Source: an uncultured Spirochaetota bacterium (lineage in GTDB: Bacteria; Spirochaetota; Brevinematia; Brevinematales; JAOACQ01). Taken from it: a stretch of DNA of 64,000 bases. Numbering within the stretch: the stretch's first letter is position 1; every line of letters starts with the position of its first letter. Of the stretch, positions 37,155-47,398 are shown in pieces. The translations under genes were made by a program, and so were the position numbers. The notes beneath the pieces are model-generated. The model did not search any database, was not told the DNA's origin, and was given only the letters and a program-made list of their open reading frames with translations. The stretch spans positions 1,024,001 to 1,088,000 of the forward strand of contig CAVYGN010000001.1 in NCBI GenBank assembly GCA_963768055.1, given 5' to 3'.

Positions 37155-37490
37155 ATGACGATTATAACAGATGAAATTATGAAAGAAAGGCTGGGTAAAA
37201 CAAAAAATTATTCTGCTGTAATTTTAAGAGCAACCCCGAAGAGGCATGAACCCGGTGTCGATAAAATAATATGGGAGCATGGGCGGAGGAATTTTTCACT
37301 CCGGGAGGATGGTTTGTTACCTGTTGTCTGCCCTGTTAACGACGGAAGCGATGTGACGGGCATAGCTATTTTTAATGCGGACCCTGAAGAAACAAAGAAA
37401 ATAATGGATGAAGATCCCGGCGTAAAGGCAGGGATTTTTACATATGAAATTCATGCATGCAGGGGCTTCCCTGGGTCCTGCCTGCCGTAA
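37155..37490 (+). CDS. YCII-like small protein
   Basis: IIWEHGRRNF...GIAIFNA...IMDEDPGVKAGIFTYEIH; AAGGAGG RBS. Confidence 0.75.
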   Translation: MTIITDEIMKERLGKTKNYSAVILRATPKRHEPGVDKIIWEHGRRNFSLREDGLLPVVCPVNDGSDVTGIAIFNADPEETKKIMDEDPGVKAGIFTYEIHACRGFPGSCLP

Positions 37491-37492
37491 TC

Positions 37493-38269
37493 TTAATCAA
37501 TAAAAAACGTCCTCATGGACACGGAACCGTTCTGAATGCTTTCATGCGTGAAATGGATTTTTTCATCCCTTTCCTTCAGTGCGAGTGTATAGAGCATTGG
37601 AAGGTAATGATCGTTTGTAGGTATGGAAAGCCTGGCCGGCTCTCCCAGATTATTGTAATTTACTAATTTTTTATGTTCTCCGGAAAGTATAAGTTCCTTG
37701 ACCAGCAGGTCGAACTTTACAGCCCAATCGTAAGGTTCTGCAGATGTTTCATAATTCATCAGCCAGAGGTTATGCACGATATTCCCGCTTCCGATTATCA
37801 TTACTCCCTTTTCCCTGAGCGGCTTTAATGCTTCTCCAATTTCATAGTGTTGGTCGGCATGAGCCCCGACGCATAAAGAAAGTTCGAGGACCGGTATATC
37901 GGCTAAAGGATACATGTGGCGCAGCACCGCCCAGGATGCATGGTCTAGTCCCCAATCGCCGCATCTTGCGTTGTATTTTTTAAGGGAAAGCATAATTTCC
38001 CCTGCGACATCTGCAGAACCCATTGCGGGATATTTAAAATCATATAATTCTTTTGGAAAGCCGTAAAAATCATAGATCTGCTTCGGCAAAGCCGAACAGG
38101 TTACAAAAGTACCCTCAGTCAGCCAATGCGCTGATACGACAAGAATTGCTTCCGGTTTAGGCAGGTCATTGCCCAATTTGCTAAGAGATTTTGTAAATTT
38201 ATTATCTAAAACTATATTCATCGGCGATCCATGGCCGACAAAAACTGCGGGCATTATTTCTTTTTTCAT
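37493..38269 (-). CDS. ygiD: 4,5-DOPA dioxygenase-like extradiol dioxygenase (LigB family)
   Basis: FVGHGSPMN, VSAHW, IYDFYGFP, WGLDH, GSGNIVHNL and PTNDHYLP motifs. Confidence 0.92.
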   Translation of the reverse strand: MKKEIMPAVFVGHGSPMNIVLDNKFTKSLSKLGNDLPKPEAILVVSAHWLTEGTFVTCSALPKQIYDFYGFPKELYDFKYPAMGSADVAGEIMLSLKKYNARCGDWGLDHASWAVLRHMYPLADIPVLELSLCVGAHADQHYEIGEALKPLREKGVMIIGSGNIVHNLWLMNYETSAEPYDWAVKFDLLVKELILSGEHKKLVNYNNLGEPARLSIPTNDHYLPMLYTLALKERDEKIHFTHESIQNGSVSMRTFFID

Positions 38270-38287
38270 CTTACCGAAAAATGTTTT

Positions 38288-39616
38288 TTACTTTGTATTA
38301 TAAAATTCTGTTATTATGTCTTCTATTTCTTTCTTGGTTTTTTTCCTGCTTTTTAGGAGGTTCGAAACCTTGTCCGCCGAACGCATAACTGTTGTGTGGG
38401 CCTTGTTTCCGAAAAGGTTGCCGATTTCCGTCAGCGAATGGTTCGTGTGCTCCTTTGACAGGTACATGGCTATCTGTCTGGCATAGCTGATATTTTCAAG
38501 CCTCCTTTCCGACTTCATATCGTTTACGGTAATATTGAAATATTTTGATACGACCCTCTGTATATCCGGGATAGTTATGTTCTTTGGAACCTCCGATTTG
38601 ATCTTGTCCCTTAAGATTTCCCTGGCGAGTTCAAGCGATACTTCTTTTTTCTTCAGGCTGGAAAAGGCTATTATTTTCGTCAATGATCCTTCAAGCAGCC
38701 TGATATCGGTTTCAACATTCGCGGCTATATAATCAATTACTTCACCCGGGATATAGACCTTTTCTTCAGCTGATTTCAACAGGAGTATGGCTTTTCTCGT
38801 TTCGTAGTTCGGCGGTTCGATCTTAACGCTGAGTCCTGAATCGAAGCGTGTTTTCAGGCGGTCCTCAATAGCGGACAGGCTTTTCGCAGGCCTGTCGCAT
38901 GCAAAGATAAGCTGTTTGCGTTCATGAAAAAGCTCATTAAAAGTATGGAATAATTCTTCAAGGGTGCTTTCCTTCTGTTGAAGGAACTGGATATCATCGA
39001 CTATAAGAAGGTCGAAATTCCTGTATTTCCTTCTGAACTTATTGGTCTCGCCGTTCTTTATAGATTCGACGAATTCATTTGTAAAATTTTCGCTCGTAGT
39101 ATAAAATACATTAAGCTCGGGTTTATCATGAATAACCTTATGCGCGGTGGCCTGGAGAAGATGGGTCTTGCCAAGAGCCGCATGGCCGTAGATAAAAAGC
39201 GGATTATACGATTTGGCCGGATGGTTGGCGACCTGTTCGGCGGCCGCATGGGCAAAGTCGTTGTTCGGACCGACAATAAACCTTTCAAAGGTATATTTCG
39301 AATTGAGAAACGAGGTATTTACCTTTTCAGCGCTCTTTTTATCTGTTTTTACTGTTATGTTCTGGTAGATATGGTCGGAATAGGCTATTTCCATAATAAA
39401 ACGGTAATCTTTATTAAATATTGATTTAGCCAGGGACTTAGCCAGATCCAGGTAATTGTCGCTGAACCAGCCGGAAGTTAAAGGATCGGGGGCGATAAGG
39501 ACAATGGTGTCGTTATTTTGAATTTCCTTGAATTTAATCTTGTCGAGTATAGCCGTATTTAGCGATGAATCGAAATTCTTGGTTAACTCTTGATAGATTC
39601 TTTCCCATACTTCCAT
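38288..39616 (-). CDS. dnaA: Chromosomal replication initiator DnaA
   Basis: YTFERFIVG, YNPLFIYG..LGKTHLL, DDIQF, EELFHTFN, RLKTRF, RLLEG and ARQIAMYL motifs. Confidence 0.96.
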   Translation of the reverse strand: MEVWERIYQELTKNFDSSLNTAILDKIKFKEIQNNDTIVLIAPDPLTSGWFSDNYLDLAKSLAKSIFNKDYRFIMEIAYSDHIYQNITVKTDKKSAEKVNTSFLNSKYTFERFIVGPNNDFAHAAAEQVANHPAKSYNPLFIYGHAALGKTHLLQATAHKVIHDKPELNVFYTTSENFTNEFVESIKNGETNKFRRKYRNFDLLIVDDIQFLQQKESTLEELFHTFNELFHERKQLIFACDRPAKSLSAIEDRLKTRFDSGLSVKIEPPNYETRKAILLLKSAEEKVYIPGEVIDYIAANVETDIRLLEGSLTKIIAFSSLKKKEVSLELAREILRDKIKSEVPKNITIPDIQRVVSKYFNITVNDMKSERRLENISYARQIAMYLSKEHTNHSLTEIGNLFGNKAHTTVMRSADKVSNLLKSRKKTKKEIEDIITEFYNTK

Positions 39617-39995
39617 AATACCCTCTCCCCCCTTTTTTTTAATTCATTGAAAAAAATTACTGATTATTATATATTAAACTGTCAACAGAATTCAACAATA
39701 AATTTAATTGCATATAAGTAAGCCATTTAATACCCTCTTTTTTTCGCACAAAAGCCCCTTCAAATTCTATGTCGGATTTCTTATATATATAAGGGCTTTT
39801 TAAGGTATATCTATGTCGTTATTAAATCACGATATAAAGATTTCCATGCCCGGAAATAAAAAATGAAATTTGGTAAAAAATGGGCATAATTGGTTAAAAA
39901 TTAATAATTTAAAAATAAATTTAAAAACGAAATTTAATTTAGCACACTAATGCACAACCTGTGCTTTATATATCGGTAAAATTCAGGAGTATGTC
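39617..39995. other. Candidate replication origin (oriC)
   Basis: 379-bp AT-rich gap upstream of dnaA, with five near-consensus DnaA boxes and an almost pure A/T run at about 39894-39940. Confidence 0.5.
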
Positions 39996-41081
39996 ATGGA
40001 AATTGAAAAATATTTTTTCAGGGCCGTCGAAAAAGCGGAGTCCGTGAAAGGCTTGACCTCACCAAATCCTGCGGTAGGATGTGTTATTGTGCGTAACGGC
40101 AAGATATTAGGTGAAGGCGGTACGCAAAAACCGGGAGAAAATCATGCCGAGATAGTTGCTCTTCAAAAAGCGGGGAAAAATGCAAAAGGTTCAAGCCTTT
40201 TTGTTACTCTCGAACCCTGCGTTGAATTTCCGGGAAAAAAGACGGCTTCATGCTCGGAGGAGATTATAAGAGCCGGGATAAAAAAAGTTTACGCCGGAAC
40301 TTTTGACCCGAATCCAAGAGTAAACGGAAGAGGATTTAAAGCCCTCGGGGAAGCCGGCATAGAAGTAGTATTTGTTAAAGGTTTCAAAAGGCGTTTAAAA
40401 AACCTGAATGAAGATTATTTTAAATTTATTAAAACCGGTTTGCCATATATTTATTTAAAATGTGCCATGACTCTGGACGGTTATATAGCCGACAGCCGGG
40501 GCGACTCCCGCTGGATAAGCTCGGAAGAAAGCCGCCGGTATGTTCATATGATGAGAAACAGGGTGGATTCCATCCTTGTTGGAGTAGGGACAGTGGAAAG
40601 GGACGATCCCGAACTCACCGTAAGACTGGTGGATAAATTAAGGGATCCGCTGAGGATCATACTTGATCCCGACGGAAGAACGCCCGAGTCATCAAAAGTA
40701 ATGAACGATAACGGTAAATCACTTTTTATAGTAAAACAGGGTATTAATAATCATTTTATAAAATTATGTGAAAGATACAAAAAGGAATGGATGGAATTCG
40801 GAGAGGGGAGGTTTGCTTTAGCCTCCCTCGTTAAACACCTCGGACGGTATAGACAGGTAGAATCCATTCTTATTGAAGGAGGGGGGAGGGTCTATTATAA
40901 CGCTTTGAAAGAAGGGATTGTGGATAAAGTAATTATCTTTATCGCTCCTAAAATTCTGGGGGGGGGCGGAATCCCTTTCATTAATGGAAAATCGGATCTT
41001 TCTATCTCCAAAGCCCTTAAAGTAAAGGAATTTTCTACCGAAAATATAGGTGACGACTTAATGATACAGGGTTATTTGTAA
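39996..41081 (+). CDS. ribD: Bifunctional riboflavin deaminase/reductase
   Basis: SPNPAVGCVIV, HAE, TLEPC, A.TLDG.IA, SRWIS, DDPELTVR and IEGG motifs. Confidence 0.95.
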   Translation: MEIEKYFFRAVEKAESVKGLTSPNPAVGCVIVRNGKILGEGGTQKPGENHAEIVALQKAGKNAKGSSLFVTLEPCVEFPGKKTASCSEEIIRAGIKKVYAGTFDPNPRVNGRGFKALGEAGIEVVFVKGFKRRLKNLNEDYFKFIKTGLPYIYLKCAMTLDGYIADSRGDSRWISSEESRRYVHMMRNRVDSILVGVGTVERDDPELTVRLVDKLRDPLRIILDPDGRTPESSKVMNDNGKSLFIVKQGINNHFIKLCERYKKEWMEFGEGRFALASLVKHLGRYRQVESILIEGGGRVYYNALKEGIVDKVIIFIAPKILGGGGIPFINGKSDLSISKALKVKEFSTENIGDDLMIQGYL

Positions 41082-41086
41082 AAATT

Positions 41087-42172
41087 ATGGAAACTTTTCA
41101 AAAAAAGGAATTTTTTTACACCGCAAAAGAATCGTTCAATAAAATGGATTATGACGGTGCATTGGAGTTTTTTCTTAAATCGTATAAAGAAGAAAAATTT
41201 GAAAAAGGTCTCGAGTACGTCCTTTATCTTTTTCTTATCAAATCAAATTATAAAGAGCTTTCCCATGTATTCCAATCTAATGTGAAACCCGATGGATTTG
41301 CCCTATATTCTCTTTATTGGTATAAATTTATGACCGGAGAACTTGATGAACTGTCGGATATACTTTACAGGATGCTTTCGGATAATAATTATTTCTTGAG
41401 GGTATTTGCCATAAAGGAGCTTCATAGGCTAAAGAAGATAGAAGATCCTCAGCAGATCATCAAACAGAAGATAAAATTCTTCGGATTATCATACGAGCTT
41501 CCTATTGAAGAGCAGAGAGCATCTTTTTATCTCGATTATCTTTACCAGAGATTCCATCTTTCTCTGATACAGGGTAAGGCTTTATTAAAGGAATATCCGA
41601 TGATAGGCGACATATACATCGATTTTATTGAGATTTGTGAAAAATCAGGAAACGCTTATTATATAAAAGATATCATAACTCATGAAAGCTTCCTGAAACT
41701 TGCGAACACAGATTACAGGCTTATTTATATCCAGAGCAGAGAATTGTACAAAATGGGCAGGATGGACGAGGCTAAGGAATTGCTTGAAAAGCTTATCGCT
41801 TTTTTCAAACATAACCCGATTTTTTATTATAATCTCGGAAATATTTATATGGCGAAAGAAAAATATCTAAAGGCGGCTGACGCTTTCGAGGAAGCTGTTT
41901 CTCTCGCCCCTCTTTTTGAAAGGGCTTATTATAATCTGGGATGCGTTTATTTTCAATTAAGGGACCTCGGCAGGGCGATTAAAAACTTCGAAGAAGCGGT
42001 CAGAATATCGAAGAGGCCCGATTCGCTTTACAATCTCTCGATATGCCTTATTGAAAAAAAAGAACTGAGGGATGCTTATTATTATTTAAACAAGATACCT
42101 GACTGGTATTCTCCAAAATGCCCCCCGAGTTCAATAAAACAGCAGATTAAAGAACTTGTAGTATTTACCTGA
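41087..42172 (+). CDS. Tetratricopeptide-repeat protein
   Basis: C-terminal TPRs (YYNLGNIY, YYNLGCVY, LYNLSICL). Confidence 0.8.
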   Translation: METFQKKEFFYTAKESFNKMDYDGALEFFLKSYKEEKFEKGLEYVLYLFLIKSNYKELSHVFQSNVKPDGFALYSLYWYKFMTGELDELSDILYRMLSDNNYFLRVFAIKELHRLKKIEDPQQIIKQKIKFFGLSYELPIEEQRASFYLDYLYQRFHLSLIQGKALLKEYPMIGDIYIDFIEICEKSGNAYYIKDIITHESFLKLANTDYRLIYIQSRELYKMGRMDEAKELLEKLIAFFKHNPIFYYNLGNIYMAKEKYLKAADAFEEAVSLAPLFERAYYNLGCVYFQLRDLGRAIKNFEEAVRISKRPDSLYNLSICLIEKKELRDAYYYLNKIPDWYSPKCPPSSIKQQIKELVVFT

Positions 42173-42221
42173 GCGCCCTAATTTGATTTTTTAATTTCTT
42201 TATAATAAAATCATTACTCAT

Positions 42222-42983
42222 ATGAAATTCTGCATTTTATCCAGCGGAAGTTCCGGAAATTGTTTTTATATCGAGTCCGATGACACGGCTATTCTAATCG
42301 ATATCGGCTTATCTTATAAGACGCTGATCAGAAATTTATCCATTATAAAAAGAAATATCTCTAATATTAAAGCATTGTTTATCACACATGAACATTCAGA
42401 CCATATTAAGGGCCTTAGGTCCTTTATCAAAACTGCAGGAATACCGGTATTTATCAATTCTAAAAGTAAACTCTATCTCGACATTGCTTTGAATGAGCAT
42501 GAAGAACTACTCTCAGGTAAAACAGTTGACCTTGACGGCATAAGCATTATGCCGGTTTCTATATCACATGACGCGGCTAATACTTTCGGTTTTAAAGTAA
42601 CCGATAAAAAATCTTCTTTATTTCTGGCAAGCGATATAGGCAGTATCGATGAAAATATCGTCGAACAGGCCCGGGGAGCTCATGCTATTGCTATAGAATC
42701 TAACCATGATATTGATATGCTGAAAAAATCGGAATATCCCCAATATCTAAAAAAAAGAATTTCAGGCCGTTTCGGCCACCTTTCTAACGATTCTGCGGCT
42801 GATTTTATTGAGCGATCTGCCACAGACAGCACAAAAAACGTTTTCTTTTTACACCTCTCACAAAACAACAATTCACCAGGTCTTATTGAACAAATTATTG
42901 AAAGCAGGCTTTCAGGCAAATTCCCGGACACAGCCTTCCATATTTCCTGCCGGGATAAACCATCGGAATTATTTGATCTTTAG
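42222..42983 (+). CDS. MBL-fold hydrolase (YycJ/WalJ-like)
   Basis: SGSSGN, THEHSDH, SHDA, ESNHD, GHLSN and HLSQNNN motifs. Confidence 0.92.
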   Translation: MKFCILSSGSSGNCFYIESDDTAILIDIGLSYKTLIRNLSIIKRNISNIKALFITHEHSDHIKGLRSFIKTAGIPVFINSKSKLYLDIALNEHEELLSGKTVDLDGISIMPVSISHDAANTFGFKVTDKKSSLFLASDIGSIDENIVEQARGAHAIAIESNHDIDMLKKSEYPQYLKKRISGRFGHLSNDSAADFIERSATDSTKNVFFLHLSQNNNSPGLIEQIIESRLSGKFPDTAFHISCRDKPSELFDL

Positions 42984-43132
42984 TTTTTAAAAAGCCGTTA
43001 TTTCGAACGCTGGGTTTATCCTGTAAGGGTTTAATCTTCACCGGTGTAAGATTTCTCTTTGATGTATAAAGACAAATCTTGTTTATTCCGATATTTTTAT
43101 TATGTGCTCCATGGTATTTAAACGGAGTCGGC

Positions 43133-44059
43133 ATGAAGATTTTTAAACTCCCTGGAATTATTCTTTTGTTTCTCTTTTCAATTATTATATCCCTGTATGG
43201 AGAACTGCAGGTAGGGCTCCAGTTTTACAGAGAAACATACAGGCTTAATGAACCTATACCGGTACAAATAAATGTTGTAAACAATTCAACCGCTCCGGTG
43301 AAGTTTTATATTTCGCCGCTCATTTATGAATCGTTGTTTTTTACCTTGAAGACGCCAAGGAATGAAGACGTCCCCCTTTTAGACAGTTTCCAGGTTGAAA
43401 TGAAGAATAATTCATCCTCCAGCGGGGATTTCCGTGAAATTACTCTCATGCCGAGGGAAGAGTTTTCAAGATTGATCGATTTAACCCAATGGTTCGATAT
43501 AAGAGAATCCGGCTATTATTATATAAAGGGATTGTTTTATCCGAATCCTGATAAAAAAAGCGAACCTACTGAATCTTTCAACTATAAAATTTTTATAAAA
43601 CCCCCTGTCATTGTTGAAAAACAAATATCAACTGAAGAACTCGAGCGGCAGGCGGATTTTGAAAAAATTATGAAGCTTCCTCCCTATGATGTAATAGACG
43701 ATTTTTTGGATGCAAAGATGAAAAAGGACTGGGAACGCTTTCTGCTGCACATCGATGCTGCCCGCCTTATTAAATCTTTCGATGATTACTACAAGGCCTA
43801 TCAAAATGCAAGGAGCGGCTCATACCAGCTTCAGGTAATAGAAGATTTTAAAAAATATCTTACAGTTTATTGGCAGGATAGAATTCAGAGCTACAAGATC
43901 CTTGAAAGCCATATAACCGAAAACGACGCCACAGTCGTCACAGAAGTGGATTTTAAGGTAAAACTTTTCAGTTATACTCTCAGATATACTTTCAGCCTGT
44001 ACAAGAACCATCTCAACCAGTGGCTGATTTATGACTATTCAGCATTGAAAGTTAGATAA
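43133..44059 (+). CDS. Secreted hypothetical protein
   Basis: Start moved to MKIFKL at 43133 (GGAG RBS). Signal peptide, beta-rich N-terminal domain and alpha/beta C-terminal domain. Confidence 0.7.
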   Translation: MKIFKLPGIILLFLFSIIISLYGELQVGLQFYRETYRLNEPIPVQINVVNNSTAPVKFYISPLIYESLFFTLKTPRNEDVPLLDSFQVEMKNNSSSSGDFREITLMPREEFSRLIDLTQWFDIRESGYYYIKGLFYPNPDKKSEPTESFNYKIFIKPPVIVEKQISTEELERQADFEKIMKLPPYDVIDDFLDAKMKKDWERFLLHIDAARLIKSFDDYYKAYQNARSGSYQLQVIEDFKKYLTVYWQDRIQSYKILESHITENDATVVTEVDFKVKLFSYTLRYTFSLYKNHLNQWLIYDYSALKVR

Positions 44060-44075
44060 TAAAAAGGGGTTCTCC

Positions 44076-45272
44076 ATGACTTTTTATCCCCTGTTCGGAA
44101 ATAATAACGATTTGCATAGGGAACTTCGAAAAATAGGATGTAATGAAAAGGCGATTTCAATTATAAGCAAAAAATTCGATATATTTCCGATTAAAATAAT
44201 CGGTATGAAACCAAGCCTGGCAAATATTATCAAGCAGGAAATGATCTCATGCAAGGGCGATGCGGTAGTCAATGAAAAATCCGTTTCATGCACTGTGGAA
44301 AAAACAGACGTTCTTCTTCTCGGAACAGAATCTATCTATTTGAATTTTTTCAGAAAAATGGATTATCAGAATTCTCCGACACTTTTCGAACTTGCCAAAC
44401 AATTGAGGAAAATGCTGGAAAATTACCGCAGCCGGACACCGGTTCTGAAAACAAGGAATAACAAGACAATTTTATTTTCCAAAACGGTAATTATGGGAAT
44501 TCTGAATGTTACCGTTGATTCGTTTTATGACGGGGGAAAATATATAGATAAAGACAAAGCGTTAAAAAGATGCGAGGCGATGATTAAAGAAGGCGCCGAT
44601 ATAATTGATATTGGAGCTGAATCTTCAAGACCGGGGTCAAGCCCCGTCGGTTATGAAGAGGAAATAGAAAAAATTGTACCCATTGTCGAGGTTTTATCGC
44701 ATAACATGAATGTTGTAATCTCCGTCGATACTAACAAAGCTGTCGTAGCCGAAGAAGCCTTAAAAGCGGGGGCGGATATTATCAACGATATAAGTGCGAT
44801 GCGTTTCGATGAATCCATGGCGGATACAGTAAAACGTTTTGATGCTGTCGTCATATTGATGCATATGCAGGGAAAGCCAATGGATATGCAAAAAGAACCG
44901 CATTATGAGGATGTAATCAGGGAAATTGTAGAATATTTCGACGAAAGGGTTCAATCAGCTCTATCGAACGGTATATCGGCAGAACGTTTGATAATCGACC
45001 CCGGGATTGGATTCGGGAAGCGGATCGAGGACAATATAGCAGTGATTAAAAACATATCGACATTTAAAAAATACGGTCTGCCCTTAATGATCGGAGTTTC
45101 AAGAAAGTCTTTTATCGGTAATTTACAGGAAAACGGAGCTCCTCCGGAAGATAGACTCTACGGCACTCTGGGTTTAGGCGCATATTCTTATATAAAGGGA
45201 GCCGATATATTAAGAGTTCACGATGTAAGGGAACATAAAGAAATGTTCAATGTTTTAAATGCTATCAAGTAA
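44076..45272 (+). CDS. folP: Dihydropteroate synthase with a ~130-aa N-terminal extension
   Basis: MGILNVTVDSFYDGG, DIGAESSRPG, ISVDT, INDIS, DPGIGFGK, SRKSF and RVHDV motifs. Confidence 0.95.
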   Translation: MTFYPLFGNNNDLHRELRKIGCNEKAISIISKKFDIFPIKIIGMKPSLANIIKQEMISCKGDAVVNEKSVSCTVEKTDVLLLGTESIYLNFFRKMDYQNSPTLFELAKQLRKMLENYRSRTPVLKTRNNKTILFSKTVIMGILNVTVDSFYDGGKYIDKDKALKRCEAMIKEGADIIDIGAESSRPGSSPVGYEEEIEKIVPIVEVLSHNMNVVISVDTNKAVVAEEALKAGADIINDISAMRFDESMADTVKRFDAVVILMHMQGKPMDMQKEPHYEDVIREIVEYFDERVQSALSNGISAERLIIDPGIGFGKRIEDNIAVIKNISTFKKYGLPLMIGVSRKSFIGNLQENGAPPEDRLYGTLGLGAYSYIKGADILRVHDVREHKEMFNVLNAIK

Positions 45273-45316
45273 AACAGGTTGTCTGACGAAAATAAATGAA
45301 GAGGTTTTAAGGTTAA

Positions 45317-46423
45317 ATGAAAGATTATAAAAACCTTTTCCAGGACAAGTTCAAAAAGCTTGAGAAGGAAATAAATAAAAGTTTCCGGACTATCAATAAA
45401 ATCGAAATAAATAGAAAACGCAGCGTTATTCCTGTCATAAAAAAAATTGTTTTTAATCCCCTTACCATGATTATTTCAGGTGTAATAGTTATCTTATTCA
45501 TACTGTTTACTTCATTTATGGCTTTTGTGGGCGGGAAACTTCCATCGTACGAAGGCTCGTTTATAGGTATGACCAAAATACAGGAAGAGCTGGATTCTAT
45601 GGTTAACCTTCAGGGCGAGGGTGGAAATGAAAATAAAATAAATGATACGAACAATAATGAGCTAAAGTTCTTCTTTTATAAGATCAAGCAGGGAGAATCC
45701 CTGTATACGATTTCGAAGAAGCTTGGCGTTTCAATGGACACATTGATAAGTCTCAATAGTATTGAAAACGCTCAGAATCTCGGGAACGGAAAAAGGATCA
45801 TTATTCCCAATCTCCAGGGAATTATTTATTGTGTAAAAAAGGGCGATACCCTTGAAAATATCGCTTCCAGATATAAGATTTCTACAGAGGATATCAAGGA
45901 TGCCAATGACATCGAACAGGAGCAGATAACCGAGGGTGTGCTCCTTGAAGGTACTATACTTTTCCTGCCGGGAGCTACCCTGACCCCGGCTGAGAGGGCG
46001 AAAGCCCTTGGCTACTGGTTCTTCAAACCTCTTAGAGGTATATTTACATCATCATTCGGGATAAGAAAAGATCCATATACCGGTGAAGCCGGATTCCATA
46101 CAGGGATCGATATCGGCGCTCCGTACGGTTCGGTGGTGAAGGCCTCGAAAGAGGGAATTGTTACTTTTGCCGGATGGAACGGCAATTATGGAAAATGTAT
46201 AATCATAAAGCACCAGTTCGGGTATGAGACAGTCTATGGGCACCTTTCGCAAATCATAGTCAATAACAATGCATGGGTCAGGGAAGGCCAGGTCATAGCA
46301 AGAGTCGGAACAACCGGCCGTTCGACGGGACCTCACCTTCATTTCGAAGTAAGGAAATTCGGAAGACCTATGAATCCCTTAAGGATGTCTGGATTAAACA
46401 GACAGGCCGGTCAATGGTATTGA
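45317..46423 (+). CDS. LysM-domain M23 metallopeptidase
   Basis: TM anchor, two LysM repeats, HTGID, YGHL and STGPHLHFEV. Confidence 0.93.
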   Translation: MKDYKNLFQDKFKKLEKEINKSFRTINKIEINRKRSVIPVIKKIVFNPLTMIISGVIVILFILFTSFMAFVGGKLPSYEGSFIGMTKIQEELDSMVNLQGEGGNENKINDTNNNELKFFFYKIKQGESLYTISKKLGVSMDTLISLNSIENAQNLGNGKRIIIPNLQGIIYCVKKGDTLENIASRYKISTEDIKDANDIEQEQITEGVLLEGTILFLPGATLTPAERAKALGYWFFKPLRGIFTSSFGIRKDPYTGEAGFHTGIDIGAPYGSVVKASKEGIVTFAGWNGNYGKCIIIKHQFGYETVYGHLSQIIVNNNAWVREGQVIARVGTTGRSTGPHLHFEVRKFGRPMNPLRMSGLNRQAGQWY

Positions 46424-46429
46424 TTTTAC

Positions 46430-47386
46430 ATGGATAGGGTTCTTTTATATCTGATCAAAGACGGCGGTTTCGTCTCCGGTCAGGATCTGGCGGGAGAACT
46501 TGATATTTCAAGGGCTGCCGTCTGGAAACATATCAAAAATGCCAGAGAATCCGGTTTTGTAATCACATCTTCGCAGAAAAAGGGATATAAGATCGTAAAA
46601 TATCCTGAAAATAGGATCATCCCCGAATTAATCGCCAAATACTTCGGAAGCGAACTTCCTTTCGACTTGATTTATTTGGATAGTGTAATATCTACGAATA
46701 CTTACGCCAGGGAAACAAAAAAACGCGGGAATGAAGGCAATTTTATATTGTTTGCCGAAGAACAGACTGGCGGCCGTGGCAGATTCGATAGAACATGGAC
46801 AAGCGAAAAGGGGAAGGATCTTACTTTCTCTATTTCACTGAATATTGATAAACCCGTGAAGGAAATCTATAAATTTACGATGCTTTCAGGACTAGCAGTT
46901 CTCCTTGCCGTCAGGAACATATTAAATGGAAAAGCCGAAATCTCAATTAAATGGCCAAACGATATCATTATAGGTGACAGGAAACTTTGCGGTATTTTAT
47001 CGGAAATAATTACTGAAGAAATGCTGATAAAAAGAATAATAATCGGGATAGGGATCAATGTGAATTCAATCCCTGCAATTCAGCAGGCTGTCTCTCTTAA
47101 AAATATACTTGCTGAAGATACCGATAGGAATCTGCTTTTTGCAATGATTATAAAAAATTTTTATAATTTTTTCATCCGGTATGAAAACGGGGAATTTCAG
47201 GTAATTTTCAGGGAATGGAAGAATAATCTCGGATGGTTAGGCAGGGATGTCAGTTTTAACGATGGAAGAACCGTTGTAGCCGGTAAATTAAAAGACATTG
47301 ATGAAAACGGTGCTGTCGTGATTGAGACAGCAGGCGGTGACAGGACATACTACAGCGGCGACCTCATTGCAGGCCGTCTTCCATGA
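46430..47386 (+). CDS. birA: Biotin-protein ligase/repressor (group II)
   Basis: N-terminal HTH SGQDLAGELDISRAAVWKHI; STN, QTGGRGR, KWPND, KLCGIL and GIGINVN motifs. Confidence 0.95.
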   Translation: MDRVLLYLIKDGGFVSGQDLAGELDISRAAVWKHIKNARESGFVITSSQKKGYKIVKYPENRIIPELIAKYFGSELPFDLIYLDSVISTNTYARETKKRGNEGNFILFAEEQTGGRGRFDRTWTSEKGKDLTFSISLNIDKPVKEIYKFTMLSGLAVLLAVRNILNGKAEISIKWPNDIIIGDRKLCGILSEIITEEMLIKRIIIGIGINVNSIPAIQQAVSLKNILAEDTDRNLLFAMIIKNFYNFFIRYENGEFQVIFREWKNNLGWLGRDVSFNDGRTVVAGKLKDIDENGAVVIETAGGDRTYYSGDLIAGRLP

Positions 47387-47398
47387 ATAATTGATTGA

